This document shows, piece after piece, positions 1 through 10,800 of a DNA stretch of 64,000 bases; position 1 is the first letter of the stretch; each line of letters opens with the position of its first letter. Below the pieces are notes generated by a model that saw nothing but the letters and a program-made list of their open reading frames with translations, did not search any database and was not told where the DNA came from. Source of the DNA: Dipteris shenzhenensis (lineage: Eukaryota); NCBI GenBank assembly GCA_047967505.1, contig CM106538.1, one strand, 5' to 3'. The position numbers and the translations under genes were made by a program.

Positions 1-278
1 ACATTAGCAGCATCATGCTTGCTAATAACCCAGTTTATCATGCTAGAACAAAGCACATTGAGGTGCATTATCACTTTGTGAGAGAGAAGGTTCTAGCTGG
101 TGAGATTGATCTTGTCTATGTCAGCACTGAGGAGCAGGTGGCTGATATTTTTACAAAGGCATTGGGTACCGAGAAGCTTCGCAGATTTAGGAGCTTGCTT
201 GGTGTACGTGAGATGGATTTGAGCTTGAGGGGGAGTGTTGAGATATCAAGCTCTACCCCCGATATATCTCCTGGATGA
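1..278 (+). mobile_element. Ty1/Copia pol 3' end (RNase H), truncated by the window start
   Basis: ORF 15..278 has NPVYHARTKHIEVHYHFVRE and QVADIFTKAL, and ends LSLRGSV across the polypurine tract gagggggag (227-235). Confidence 0.95.
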
Positions 279-533
279 CTATCATTTATGTCACCGCCTA
301 TGTTAGTTGTACTCGTGGTGTAGTTAGACTACCACGTATGTTTTTGGTTTGGGTTCACATATGAACCACGTATTCTAGGTTTTGACATATAGGGTATTTC
401 CCTCTTCTATTGTATTGTTGTTGTGTGCAAAAGTGAAGAAAGGCTTCACCCTCCAACCTTGTGTCCTCTCTCTTTTGTGTGTTGTGAAGAAAGCTGAACT
501 TGAGTCTCCTATCTCTCTCCCTTATTCTTTACA
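236..533 (+). mobile_element. 3' LTR of the Copia element (~298 bp)
   Basis: Begins TGTTG right after the PPT. Ends ...ctttACA at 533, where similarity to the dispersed repeat at 34083-34934 begins. Confidence 0.75.
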
Positions 534-648
534 CTCCTCTTACTTCTCTTGGCTCTGCAAACCCCCCAATTAATTTCTACCCTAACTTATCCAGATCTAT
601 TTTCCTTCTTAATATATATATAGATGTGTGTATTTATACATATATTAA

Positions 649-700
<52 letters not shown>

Positions 701-1396
701 AATGAAAACTCAAATTAAAACCCTCTTTTTTCTCTTTTTGTCCTTCTTTACCCCTTTTAAAAAATGTATTTCCTATTCAAAACACCCTTGTTTTCAAATT
801 TTCCTATATTAATTTTTTAAATTAGTTATTTTGTCCTAATTTATCATTCCTTTACTCCCCCCTTCTTATTAGATACAGGGTACCTTTACTTTGATGGACA
901 AATGAGACTAGGTGCCTGCTTTAATGATATTTGGCGGAATGGTAAAAGATGACTAGCATGACCAAGTATTTGGTTGGGGTAATCTTGTAGCTTTGATGGC
1001 TAATTATTCCATATCATAATGCTTTGCAATATATGGTAGTAACTCGGGGGTTGAGCATGAACATAATGTCGCTAAGATTGAAAGACCTTAGAGAATGTGT
1101 AATCTTAATACTTGGGTTTAGACAATATCATCTTCTTCTATGCTACTCTTTAATTATCTTCTAAACCCCCATCGTATATAAATTTAGACCATATAGTTAT
1201 GTTTTATTTCTTTTAACTCTTGCAAATTTTGTTAACCCCTGCAGTATATTTTGATTATAATGTGGTTATAAAAAGAAACTACTAATGGGTTATAAAGTTT
1301 AAAAATTTGGCCTCAAGGCTGCCTAAGGTTCAAATGGATAAGAACGTTAGTCAAAGAGATAACATACACTTATGAAGAAGCTCATGCATACCTAGG
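534..1396. repeat. ~860-bp AT-rich dispersed repeat with a (CT)n tract; inverted copy at 34083-34934
   Basis: Near-identical to the reverse complement of 34083-34934; for example gaagaagctcatgcatacctagg matches cctaggtatgcatgagcttcttc. Confidence 0.9.
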
Positions 1397-1859
1397 CATT
1401 AGGGGAGAATTGTGGTCTCCAAAGGGCCCCCAATTAGTGTTTCCTAATTTCAAGGGATTACTGAGGTATTTGAGGTGTACCAATGGGAGTGCTCCTTTTT
1501 GTGGGGCAATGCCATGTTGAGGTGGAGGGTGGGCAGACCTACAAACAACCCCTATTGGCTACTCCTCTTACATTGGGGACCACTCAAACCATCCCCCCCC
1601 CCTCAACCCATGCTTGACCCTTCTCCCATATGTACCTCCCCCAAACAAACCTACAAGTCATTCAAGAGGCAGTGGACCCTTCTAGGTGAATTTTCCCCCC
1701 CTCTCAGCTTGTTACAGGCTTGCCCCCTCCTCTTCTCTAGTCCAGCTCCATTCTCCCTCCATTTTTCAAATGTGGGAACTCATTTGGCATCTTCTTTGCC
1801 CCCTCCTACTCTAGTCCACTGTGTTTCTCCCTCTCCAACACCTCCTATAGCAGCTACTC

Positions 1860-2591
1860 ATTCTCTCTCCATTGCTAGCTACCCCACCTCCTACAGCAGC
1901 AGCTGCTCATCCCCCTTTGCTCTTTCTTCCTCCATTCCTAGCTATAGTACCTCTTGTAGTGGATGCTCATCCCCCTCTACTCTTTCTCCCTCCATTCCTA
2001 GCTACAACACCTCCTGGAATAATTGCTCATCCCCCTCTACTCTTTCTCCCTCCATTCCTAGCTATAGAACCTCTTGGAGCTTCCATGCAAGCACTGTGGC
2101 AAGAACAACATAATGAGAAGTTTTGCAGAGCCAAAGCAAAGACAGAAAATGTGAATCTACTTTCAGTTGATGAGCCTCCACAAGATGAGGCATCCTTTGA
2201 AGATTATGCATTTTAAAACATCTCTATGTATGCTCCAGATCTCTCTTTTTATGTCAAGGTACTCAGCCTGGATAGTCCTCCAAAATGAATGAAATAAACT
2301 ATTGTGTTTTTGTGTGTTTTGTAAACACCTCTGGTCACCTTATGATGTAGGCCATGTGTATGTTTTACTCCATGGTACCTCCTGCAGACATTGTGTGCAT
2401 GTACATGCAGGGGAGATAACCATTGGAAGGTCTTTTTGTATCCCCTTTTGTTTACCTTACACCCATGGGAACCCTTGCTAGGATGAGAACCTAGCCATAT
2501 ATTTATCCTTGACCACCATGAGATGGCATGAGAAACTATGAGACTAGATGTATCCTTGACATAGCCTGAGGCATTCCCTTGAGGGGGGGTT
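1860..2591 (+). mobile_element. Internal region of a gag-only, non-autonomous LTR element
   Basis: 60-bp tandem repeats (HPPLLFLPPFLA x3) precede a frameshifted zinc knuckle CKHCGKNN(H)NEKFC (~2086-2126). The stop is at 2216, and no pol lies before the PPT gagggggg (2581-2589). Confidence 0.65.
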
Positions 2592-2888
2592 TGTTGGGAT
2601 ATATCAAGGTGTATGCCTCAGGCACACCTTATGTTTCTATGTGTGAGTGCTAGAGGCACAGTTAGGTGCCCACAAGCACAGTTAGGTGGTGGAGAGCCAC
2701 ATAGGATGATTGAGAGAATCTAGGAGCAGATTGAGGAGATGATTGTGGAGCTCTGAAGTCATCAGTGATGTCTGTGAGCATGTATGAGGTGCCTACTTAA
2801 GGACCTCACTCTTCTTCATTCTACAAGCAAGTAATGCAAGTATTCTGAGTTTGTGTCCACTCTTTCCTTTCCTTTCAGCTTACCAACA
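2592..2888 (+). mobile_element. LTR (297 bp), TGTTGG...CCAACA
   Basis: 6-bp inverted termini, directly preceded by a polypurine tract. Confidence 0.85.
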
Positions 2889-2896
2889 GACCATAC

Positions 2897-4155
2897 ATGT
2901 ACTCTGTGTCCCACAGGAGCAAAAATGCACTAGGTGAATCGGTGCCTTGCACCTATAGTTTGAATGATTGGATAGTCATGAGAGGATCTGCCAAGGGTCC
3001 ACATAAGCTTCCCAAGAGGAAAAGATGTGATCTTTTGCATGAATGGAAGGGCCGCATCATGAAGTTCAAGCTTGGGAAGAAAGGATTGCTTGCAAAGGTG
3101 CAACACATCTACATGGGGAAGGACATGCGCCTTCATTTGTCAAGCAATCAATCGACAATACCATCGCATTGTAAGTCTGCATTTTGTGTAAGACTTTGAA
3201 GTGTAATGAGTCAGCTTGAAATTGTATTTTGAAATAGAAGCAGTGTAATGAGTTAGTTTGAAATTGTATTTTGAAATAGCACTTGTGCATAGCAGATGTA
3301 TTTCCTTCAGAATTTGAGGAGTGGGAACCAGTCGAGTGCTTCTTAGGTAAGTTTACTACCATTCATGAGGATTTAGGAAGGCAAATGCATGCTGGAGAGA
3401 AGCCCTCTGCTTTGAAATAGAGAAATATCTATTGGTATAATGCCAAGTACATTACTCCAAGGATGGCATCAGGCTATGGCCATCTTCAATGCATTGCAAC
3501 ACCACAACTTGAAGACATGGATTGCAGCATGGTGGACACAAGAACAATGCAATCATATAAGGAAAAGATTGCAAAGGATGTGGACATGGCCATGAAGTTT
3601 ACATTTGGCTCTAAATGGGTAAGGTTGTCTTGGTTTATGCCTCTGCACATTTTTGCTTCTTGTTTTCATAATATCCAGATGCACAGAACAAAAACCATGT
3701 GGTCATGCAAGTGCCTACATGAGAATGCCCTTGAGGAATTGCTTGGGGTGAATTGGGGAAGTAGGTCAGGTGAACAAAAGGGTGATCTGTTTCAATGCCA
3801 TGTATGTAAGGACAATGTGGTTATCAAGTACCACATCTCCTACCAAATGTTATATTTTGCTTTCCAATATAGGTGCTGTAAGAAAACAGGTGGCAATTGG
3901 CTCCCCCTTGACTCTAACGATGATGATAATACAGGGGTAAGTTTATGTATTAGTTCTCATTTAGGAGATGTCAAGAATGTGACTGTCACATCACAGTGGA
4001 CTCTCAGGGACGTGTGGGAACACCTATTGGTCATGGAGGATGGCATGTATGAGTCCTTTCACTTTACCTTAAATGGTGAAAAGGTAGGAAAGCATGTAGA
4101 GAAGCTCATGCATAGTGCCACTTTTATCCCTCTTGCAATATTGAAGATTGTCTAG
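2897..4155 (+). pseudogene. BAH-domain protein pseudogene, probably 5'-truncated by the LTR; intron 3171-3295; possible ubiquitin-like C-terminus
   Basis: Spliced translation YSLNDWIVMRG..WKGRIMKF..AKVQHIY..YVFPSEFEEWEPVECFLGKFTT..NIYWYNAKY follows the BAH strand pattern. The phase-1 GT-AG intron joins in frame to ORF 3463..4155, with one in-frame TAG near 3418. Confidence 0.6.
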
Positions 4156-4388
4156 AAAATGTGGGGTGGAACAATTGTGGATTTTGACATTTTCCAATTA
4201 ATAGTGGTGCGATTAATTTTGATGTTTTGAATGGTTTTGTTTCATGTCAATGTCAAGTTTTTTCTAAAAAATTTATAATTCTTTTTATTTTTTATATTTA
4301 GAACATTTGGGTATATATATGTTATAAAGTTACTTTAGTTTTAAAGTTTCACTATCATAGCCATAGTTCTCCTAGCTACCAAACTACC

Positions 4389-5782
4389 ATGGATTCTGCT
4401 AGGTCTGCCTTCCACGATTTCATCTCTTATACTCCATTAATTGATAGAGAGGAGGAGTTATTTCCAGTCTTTGATAAGAGCATAGATGTCCTAGGCACCT
4501 ACTTGGGAGCCCGAGACGATTTTGAAGACCTCATCAAGTACATGCAAGACTACATCGTGAGTTTTGCATATCAATTTGATGAATCTACAAAAAGATGGGT
4601 CCTAATTGATTATTTGAAGTACTTGTTCAATCAAGAACCTAGGTTCGTGAAGCGTTTAGATCGCTTTCGAGCCCAGCTCACACCCCTAGGCTTTAGGGAG
4701 TGGACACTGATGACCTCCTAGCATGTGGAGTCATCAAAAACATAGGAAATAGGTTCCTATCTTGGGAAATGACCTTTATTTTCCTTCTCTAGGAGGGACA
4801 AATGGAAGAGAAGGCCTCGACCTCAAGCCTTGCCCTTTTAGATCTTCTTATTTCTGTAGATGAGCCCAACATCTACAATGAAGAGCCCATAGATAAAGAA
4901 GCTGAGGAGTGGGAAGCTACATTGGCCCTGGAAGTGCTCCAGCGACCTCCTGAACCCCATTCTACTTCTCAAATTCCATCCACCTCAGGCACCACCTCTG
5001 TTGACCCCGCAACAATGATATGGTTTCTTGCTCCCCTTCTTGTCGATGGAGAACAATACCCCTTTCTCCATGACATAGAGGTTATGTTTGGTCTCTGGGA
5101 GGATGAAGCTCTTGGTATCCTATGTGGATATGAGGTGGACATGACTATGTAAGAACTTGGGTTTTTGGGAGCAGATGATTCAATAGAAGAGGTTCTTGCT
5201 TTAACACTAGCCCAAATCAAAGATGGAGAGACATCAATCTACTCCACCTACCTGATGTTCCAAAAGAAGCCTCCACATCTCACTCCAGACAACAGGAGGC
5301 CTCTGGATCCATCCTCATTAACAAAGAGGAAGGGATTGAGCATGATGACTCCATAGTGGTAAGAAACTGTGAGCTTTGAATTTCTTCTCTCTTGGTATAC
5401 TTTTGCTTTAATGGAATCCTAATGTAATGTTGGACTATTGCAGGAGGCATTTGAGGTCAACCTATTCTCATCTCGGCAACGCCTTGTTCGCAGTAGCTTC
5501 GGCTGAGATCACTCACTGGCACATTCCCTTGGCCAATCAAAAGGGTGCTTTGTGGTTATCCACAAAAAGTTTTCTCCACATGGCACTGATGACCTCTTGA
5601 AATGCAAGGCCTTGTCAAGAGTGATTGGTCATGTTGACATCAATCGCAATATTGACAAGGTCATTTTGGTGAACCGCATGGCTGCCCTCAATGCCTTTGG
5701 AACCAATTTCCAAGGTATGGCATTGATGGTGGTAGCCATGTCCCTGGCCAGCAACGACAATAGCGTTGACTCTATCGAATAG
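4389..5782 (+). pseudogene. Multi-exon gene relic of unknown function
   Basis: Consecutive same-strand ORFs 4389-4721, 4802-5152, 5165-5356 and 5552-5782. A GT-AG intron at ~5359-5443 has a downstream exon in frame with 5552..5782. AT-rich flanks. Confidence 0.45.
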
Positions 5783-6077
5783 GTTTAGAGCTAGAAGTTT
5801 ATTTGGGAATTCAAAGCCCGATGTTCTCAGTGTTTTAGAGAAGAAAGGCTCTAAAGCCTTATTGTATAAAAATTTTATTTTATATGAATATAGCTATACT
5901 TTTTATACAGTGCCCCATTTTGTGTTCTTTTACAAAATTTATTTTATACTGTCATTGTATTTTGTAACTTTAATTGTTGTTGGCATTAATATTTTCATTC
6001 ACTATTCTGTTCAAAAGCATGCGATCAGATAAAAATTTGCGCTATAATGGTAATTTTTGAGCAATCCAGTAAGAATC

Positions 6078-6284
6078 TCACCGCACGGCAGAAGGCAAAT
6101 GTGTTCGGCATCACGCGGGGAGCCCAAAAATGGTAAAACCCACTATGCCGTGTATGGGGCTTGTTTGACCAAGATGGGGACTATTTGACCAAGTCAAACA
6201 GGCCCCATATGTGCCATAGTGGGTTTTACCATTTTTGGGCTCCCTGCACGATGCTGAACACATTTGCCTTCTGTCGCATGGTGA
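6078..6284. repeat. Long inverted repeat: 92-bp arms, 23-nt loop
   Basis: 6078-6169 is the near reverse complement of 6193-6284, including the run gggagcccaaaaatggtaaaacccactatg. Confidence 0.95.
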
Positions 6285-6466
6285 AAAAACATCATTTGAC
6301 CACTCAAATTCACATTGAACTTGCATAAAGTGATGGAAAGCATCATGTAACATGTATAATAACATGGGAACAGTAATAGAACATAAAGATATCTTTTATT
6401 CATTGGCCTCAAAGGCCAGAGATTTACAAACTGATTCAAGTTACACCAAATGAACCCAAACAACAT

Positions 6467-7582
6467 CTAGGGTCTAAGGGAGGGATCGGAGCGGATGCTC
6501 TTGGTGAGTGCAAGGTCCTTGTCCATCATTGTTACTCTTTTGCCATGGATAGCACATAAGTTCGAATCTTCAAAAAGACCTACTGTCATTTGCTCTGTTG
6601 CCTCCTAAATTGCTCCCATAGCGCCTGAAGTGAAGTGCACATCACTCTTGTAATGCTGTGCTATTTCACGTACAACACGCTGGAAGGGTGCACGGGGAAT
6701 GAGATTGTCCACAGTGGTTTGGAACTTGCGGATCTCCTAAAGTGCCTTGACGCCTAATTTTTTGTGCCTCTTAATCTTTGGGGGACCCTGCACTGGCCTT
6801 TGGACATGGCTCCATGGCCGCTTGTCTGCTTTGAACTTCTTTTGCCTCTCCTCCCTTTGCAACCACCTCTTCAGACTCCTTTTCTGTGTATGGTGGGTCA
6901 TTCGAGGTGGCTTCTCGCGCCTAGGGGTCTGCTTTGTCCTTGGTCTCTTTTCCTTTTCACGAGGCTATGAGACAGTAGGCTGAGGATCTTGCTCAACTCG
7001 TACTAGAGGCTCCTCATATCTGATCATCTCGAGGCATAGAGGGTTGATGGTGCTCTTCCGTGCGGTCTGCTTGGTTGGAGGATTGGGTCCAAGGTTCATT
7101 ATATCTGCAAGCCCACCAAATACTTCCTCTTGTTGTGGCCCCTATAATCTCTCCATCTCCTCTCTTTGCCTTTCTTGCTCCCCTTATTCGTCTAAATGCT
7201 CCACGCCAGGACCCCACAGAGGAGGGAGGGGCAATTGATCAGGATTGACTAGGCTATTTTGCCCCTCTTGGGAGACCTCTCTACTTCCACGGTTACTTGT
7301 GTGGAAGGACTGAGAGGACCCCTGATCGTGCTTGGATCCTTCATTGTGCTGGGATTCCTCATGGTGCTGAGATCCCTGGGATCCCCCATGAGAGTCGGAT
7401 GGTGGGGACTCATGTTGCTTAGGCTCCGGATGATGAGAACCGCCTTCAGATCCCTGGTGATCATTGCGCTCTTGGCCACTAGGGCTTGCAGTGTGTTCGG
7501 AGGCCATGGCATTTTGAGGAGGACAATGGGTAGCATCTAAATGGCGTACAGTGGGTCTAGCAGTTTGTTTAACTCGTGCCAT
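6467..7582 (-). pseudogene. Histone H3-like pseudogene with a ~270-aa N-terminal tail (372 codons in one frame, 5 premature stops)
   Basis: Starts MARVKQTAR. The C-terminal fold reads [86 protein letters not shown] and is colinear with H3. ATG 7582 to stop 6467 spans 1116 nt with no frameshift. Confidence 0.92.
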
Positions 7583-7596
7583 ATAAATGAGGGATT

Positions 7597-7622
7597 TTAG
7601 GGTTTTGAAGTGGTTTATATAG
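7597..7622 (-). promoter_or_regulatory. TATA box plus telo-box upstream of the H3-like gene
   Basis: The minus strand has CTATATAAAC ~30 nt before the ATG, then AAACCCTAA; a second AAACCCTAA lies at ~7658-7666. Confidence 0.55.
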
Positions 7623-7863
7623 TCTTTTTTAAAGAACTTTAGGTTTTTTCTTTTAAATTAGGGTTTTTTGAGTGCACCTCCTCCCCCCCTAGTGTTTTGT
7701 TGCCAGTTCGGTAATACTTAATCTTCACCACCCTCCCTCCCAACCCACTCACCCCTCTGCCCTGCCATGTCGCACATGCAATTATGCAATTTTCAAACAA
7801 ATTTGTGAATTTTGGAAATCTATAATTGACTCAAAATAGTGTTAACTTTATTCATCAAACATT

Positions 7864-10800
7864 TTACTTTTGGGGCTCTCTTAGGACCCAACACCTCCCC
7901 TATCTGACTCTACGTTGCAACCAAAGTGCAACCCCTTGGCTCCCTATTGAGGACTTCCAAGTAGCACATCTCTTTGTCTTCTTGACATGTTGAACTACTT
8001 TTACGAGACTCGAGACCTCTACCTTATCGTGCTTGAGAGTCCTGGCCTCTAGACATCTATAAAACCAATCGAACATTTCATGTAGTGCATTGCTTCACGC
8101 GATACGACCCCCATGCCTTGTATTCTTGAAGTATGCTGCCTTTGCTCTATAGTGTGATTTTTCCATTCCTTGAGTATTCCAAATGGACAGAGGGCCCATT
8201 GCTCCACAAACCATGGTGCATGTGCATAAAGAATATGCTGTAAAGAAAAACATTATATTAGAAACATAAACTGACTCAAGTTTAAAGCACAAAATTTCAA
8301 CCTAAGGAGGATTACCATGTAATGTGTAATATGTGACTCCCCCCATGCTTCTACCATCAATGATATGAATTCTCCCAATGCTGTCCTGAATCTCTCATAA
8401 TAAAGCTCATCTGTTTGACCTTGTCTAAGCAACTTTATAAATGCATCAAGCTTTTTGTCCACAGTTTTTCTCTCAAAGTAGCAATTCGTAGATGTGAAGC
8501 TTGATTTGTGGTGCACTCACACAAATCTTTCCAGTACTCCCAACCTAGGGTACTTTGAGCCAATGTATGTTTTTGTTTATCAGCATTGTGTTTGGACAAG
8601 AACCTCCTTGCCTTTCCTCCACCCATGGACACTTTTGTAGGAAGATTTTGTGTCTTTCTTGATTGTTTCTTGTCCTGCTTAAGCTTCACATTGCCTCCGT
8701 CAAGTCCCATTGGTGAGAGTAGTTCTTCAGCTTTTGCAATGCATTGTGCAGATACTTGCTGTGGCCTCAAATTCCAAGCATAAACTAGATGGAGATAGAG
8801 TAACTTATCAAGTATATGCAGTTTAGCATGCAAAGTACACACGTGTACCTGCTCCAGTGGAATTGGTAGAATGGGGTCCCACTTAGGATCCTTTTTATGA
8901 TGATCAGGGGCTACACTTTGGTTGCAAGAAAGGATGCCATTTTCCCACTGTCGGCTTTCCTTTTGCATCTTCTGAGAGTGGGTGCAATACAAGCATGTCC
9001 ATTTTGCATATGCATTTGTATCACAACCATACAAGCACTTGAGGGTCTTCAAATCACCAGCTAGATGCCATTCAACTTGAAACGTTCCATGCCCATCCAC
9101 AATTAATGTTTGCCCTGCCTCTTATCTTCGAATAATCAACGGGATGCTGGTTCTCTCCAAAATCCACTTCAATGTCTCGTGGCACTCCTTTGGGGTCTCA
9201 AAGGTTGCAAGCCACCATATGTCCTTCTCAGATTGGACTGAGCAAAACACAAGGCGTCGTTCATAATATAAATGCTCACCCTCTCTAGCTTGTGCTCTTT
9301 TACCAACTGAGCTTCATCCATATTTATAACAAATACTAGCTTGCCATCTGTACAATGAAAGAGAAATTCACATTAGAAAAAAAGGGAGCTCATTTTGGGG
9401 CCTTTTAGAAGAGAGAGAAAATAGGCTCTCAACCAATCAGGAGTGGGCCAACGTAACATTGAAAATTCAACAAAAGAAGATGAAAATAAGAAAAAGAAAT
9501 AGTACTATATGTTCGTAGAAGCATGTCACATTAATGAGGTGATCTAATTTGAATCTTTAAAAAATTTATTTTATGTACAGAATTTGGTGATTCTGACACC
9601 GTAGACGTGTCCGGAACGGACCAAAATCCCAAGAACGGCACTGGAAACATTGGAATCGGACATCTGGAGACCCGAAAACGGCCAAAAAAGGCCGAAAAAC
9701 GCGATTTGCAGGCCCGAAAACGGCCAAAAAAGGCCGAAAAACGCGATTTGCACGTTTTTTTGCAAATCACATTTTTCGGCCTTTTTTGGCCGTTTTTGGG
9801 CCTCCGAATGTCCGATTCCAGCATTTCCAGTGCTGTTCTTGGGGTTTTGGGCTGTTCTGGACGTGTCTGCAGTGTCAGAATCACCAAATTCTGCACAGAA
9901 AAGTGTTGCTCTTATATGAACATTGAATGTAAAGCATGTGAAAGAATATATTTATTCCTTTTCACACTGACATTTCTCATGCAAGTATCCATATTTTCTT
10001 GCTTTTGTAGAGAGAGAAAAGAGAAAATAGTGAATTTCTTACAGGGCCCCAAAATGAGCTCCCTTTTTTCCTAATGGTAAGGATATAGAAATCAGAAGAA
10101 ATAAAGTTGAATGTGAAGAGGGAATTTCTCTTATCTTCTTCTCTCATCCCATAGAATTTGACCATGGCTCTCTGCAAATTCTCTACATCCACGTAAACAT
10201 TATTGAAAGCATTCATCTCAAACATTTGGATGCCAGAATTCTTTTTACTCTTCCAAGTCATTGTGCCACTTACACAATGGTATCCTCCAAGCTTTTCTCT
10301 AGCACATTGGTTTGTTTCTTGGCATGCAAGCCTTATAGACCATGGTATTGGCAATGGCATTGTAGATATCTTATACTTTTCCTCCATAGTAGACTTGAAA
10401 ATTTTAAAAACAGAGTTGTAAGCTTCACGACTTACACCAGCAACATCACAAGCTCCAAGCACCTCCTTTGCTTGGACGAGGCCCTTGAAATCCTTCATTA
10501 CCTCTCTAGCAACTTGTTTACGTAGCCCTTTTTGTCTAGGGTCCTTTAACACTTCCATGACATCACTTGGCTTTATTAAACTTTTTAGAACATATGAAGG
10601 ATCACTATCATCCATTTCCATTGTTCCCATCACATCCTCCATGAAATTCCTAAAGTAGAGTACAAATGAGTCTTAGTGGAAAGAATGCAACACCACAAAT
10701 ATTTTGGGTTAAGAAATTTCATTGAAAATTTGGGGAACTAACCTTGCAGCCCGTATTCTCCTCTTTTGGGCACCACTATTGGTTGACAATGCATCCATAG

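Noticed and set aside
1817-1823. CACTGTG heptamer as a RAG-type terminal repeat
   Set aside because: It lies inside an unrelated LTR-element region, has no partner or TSD, and is expected by chance.
6467-6780. CENH3 as the identity of the H3-like gene
   Set aside because: Loop 1 is not extended, and the canonical Q (PFQR) and F84 are kept. Only the long tail is CENH3-like. A phylogeny is still needed.
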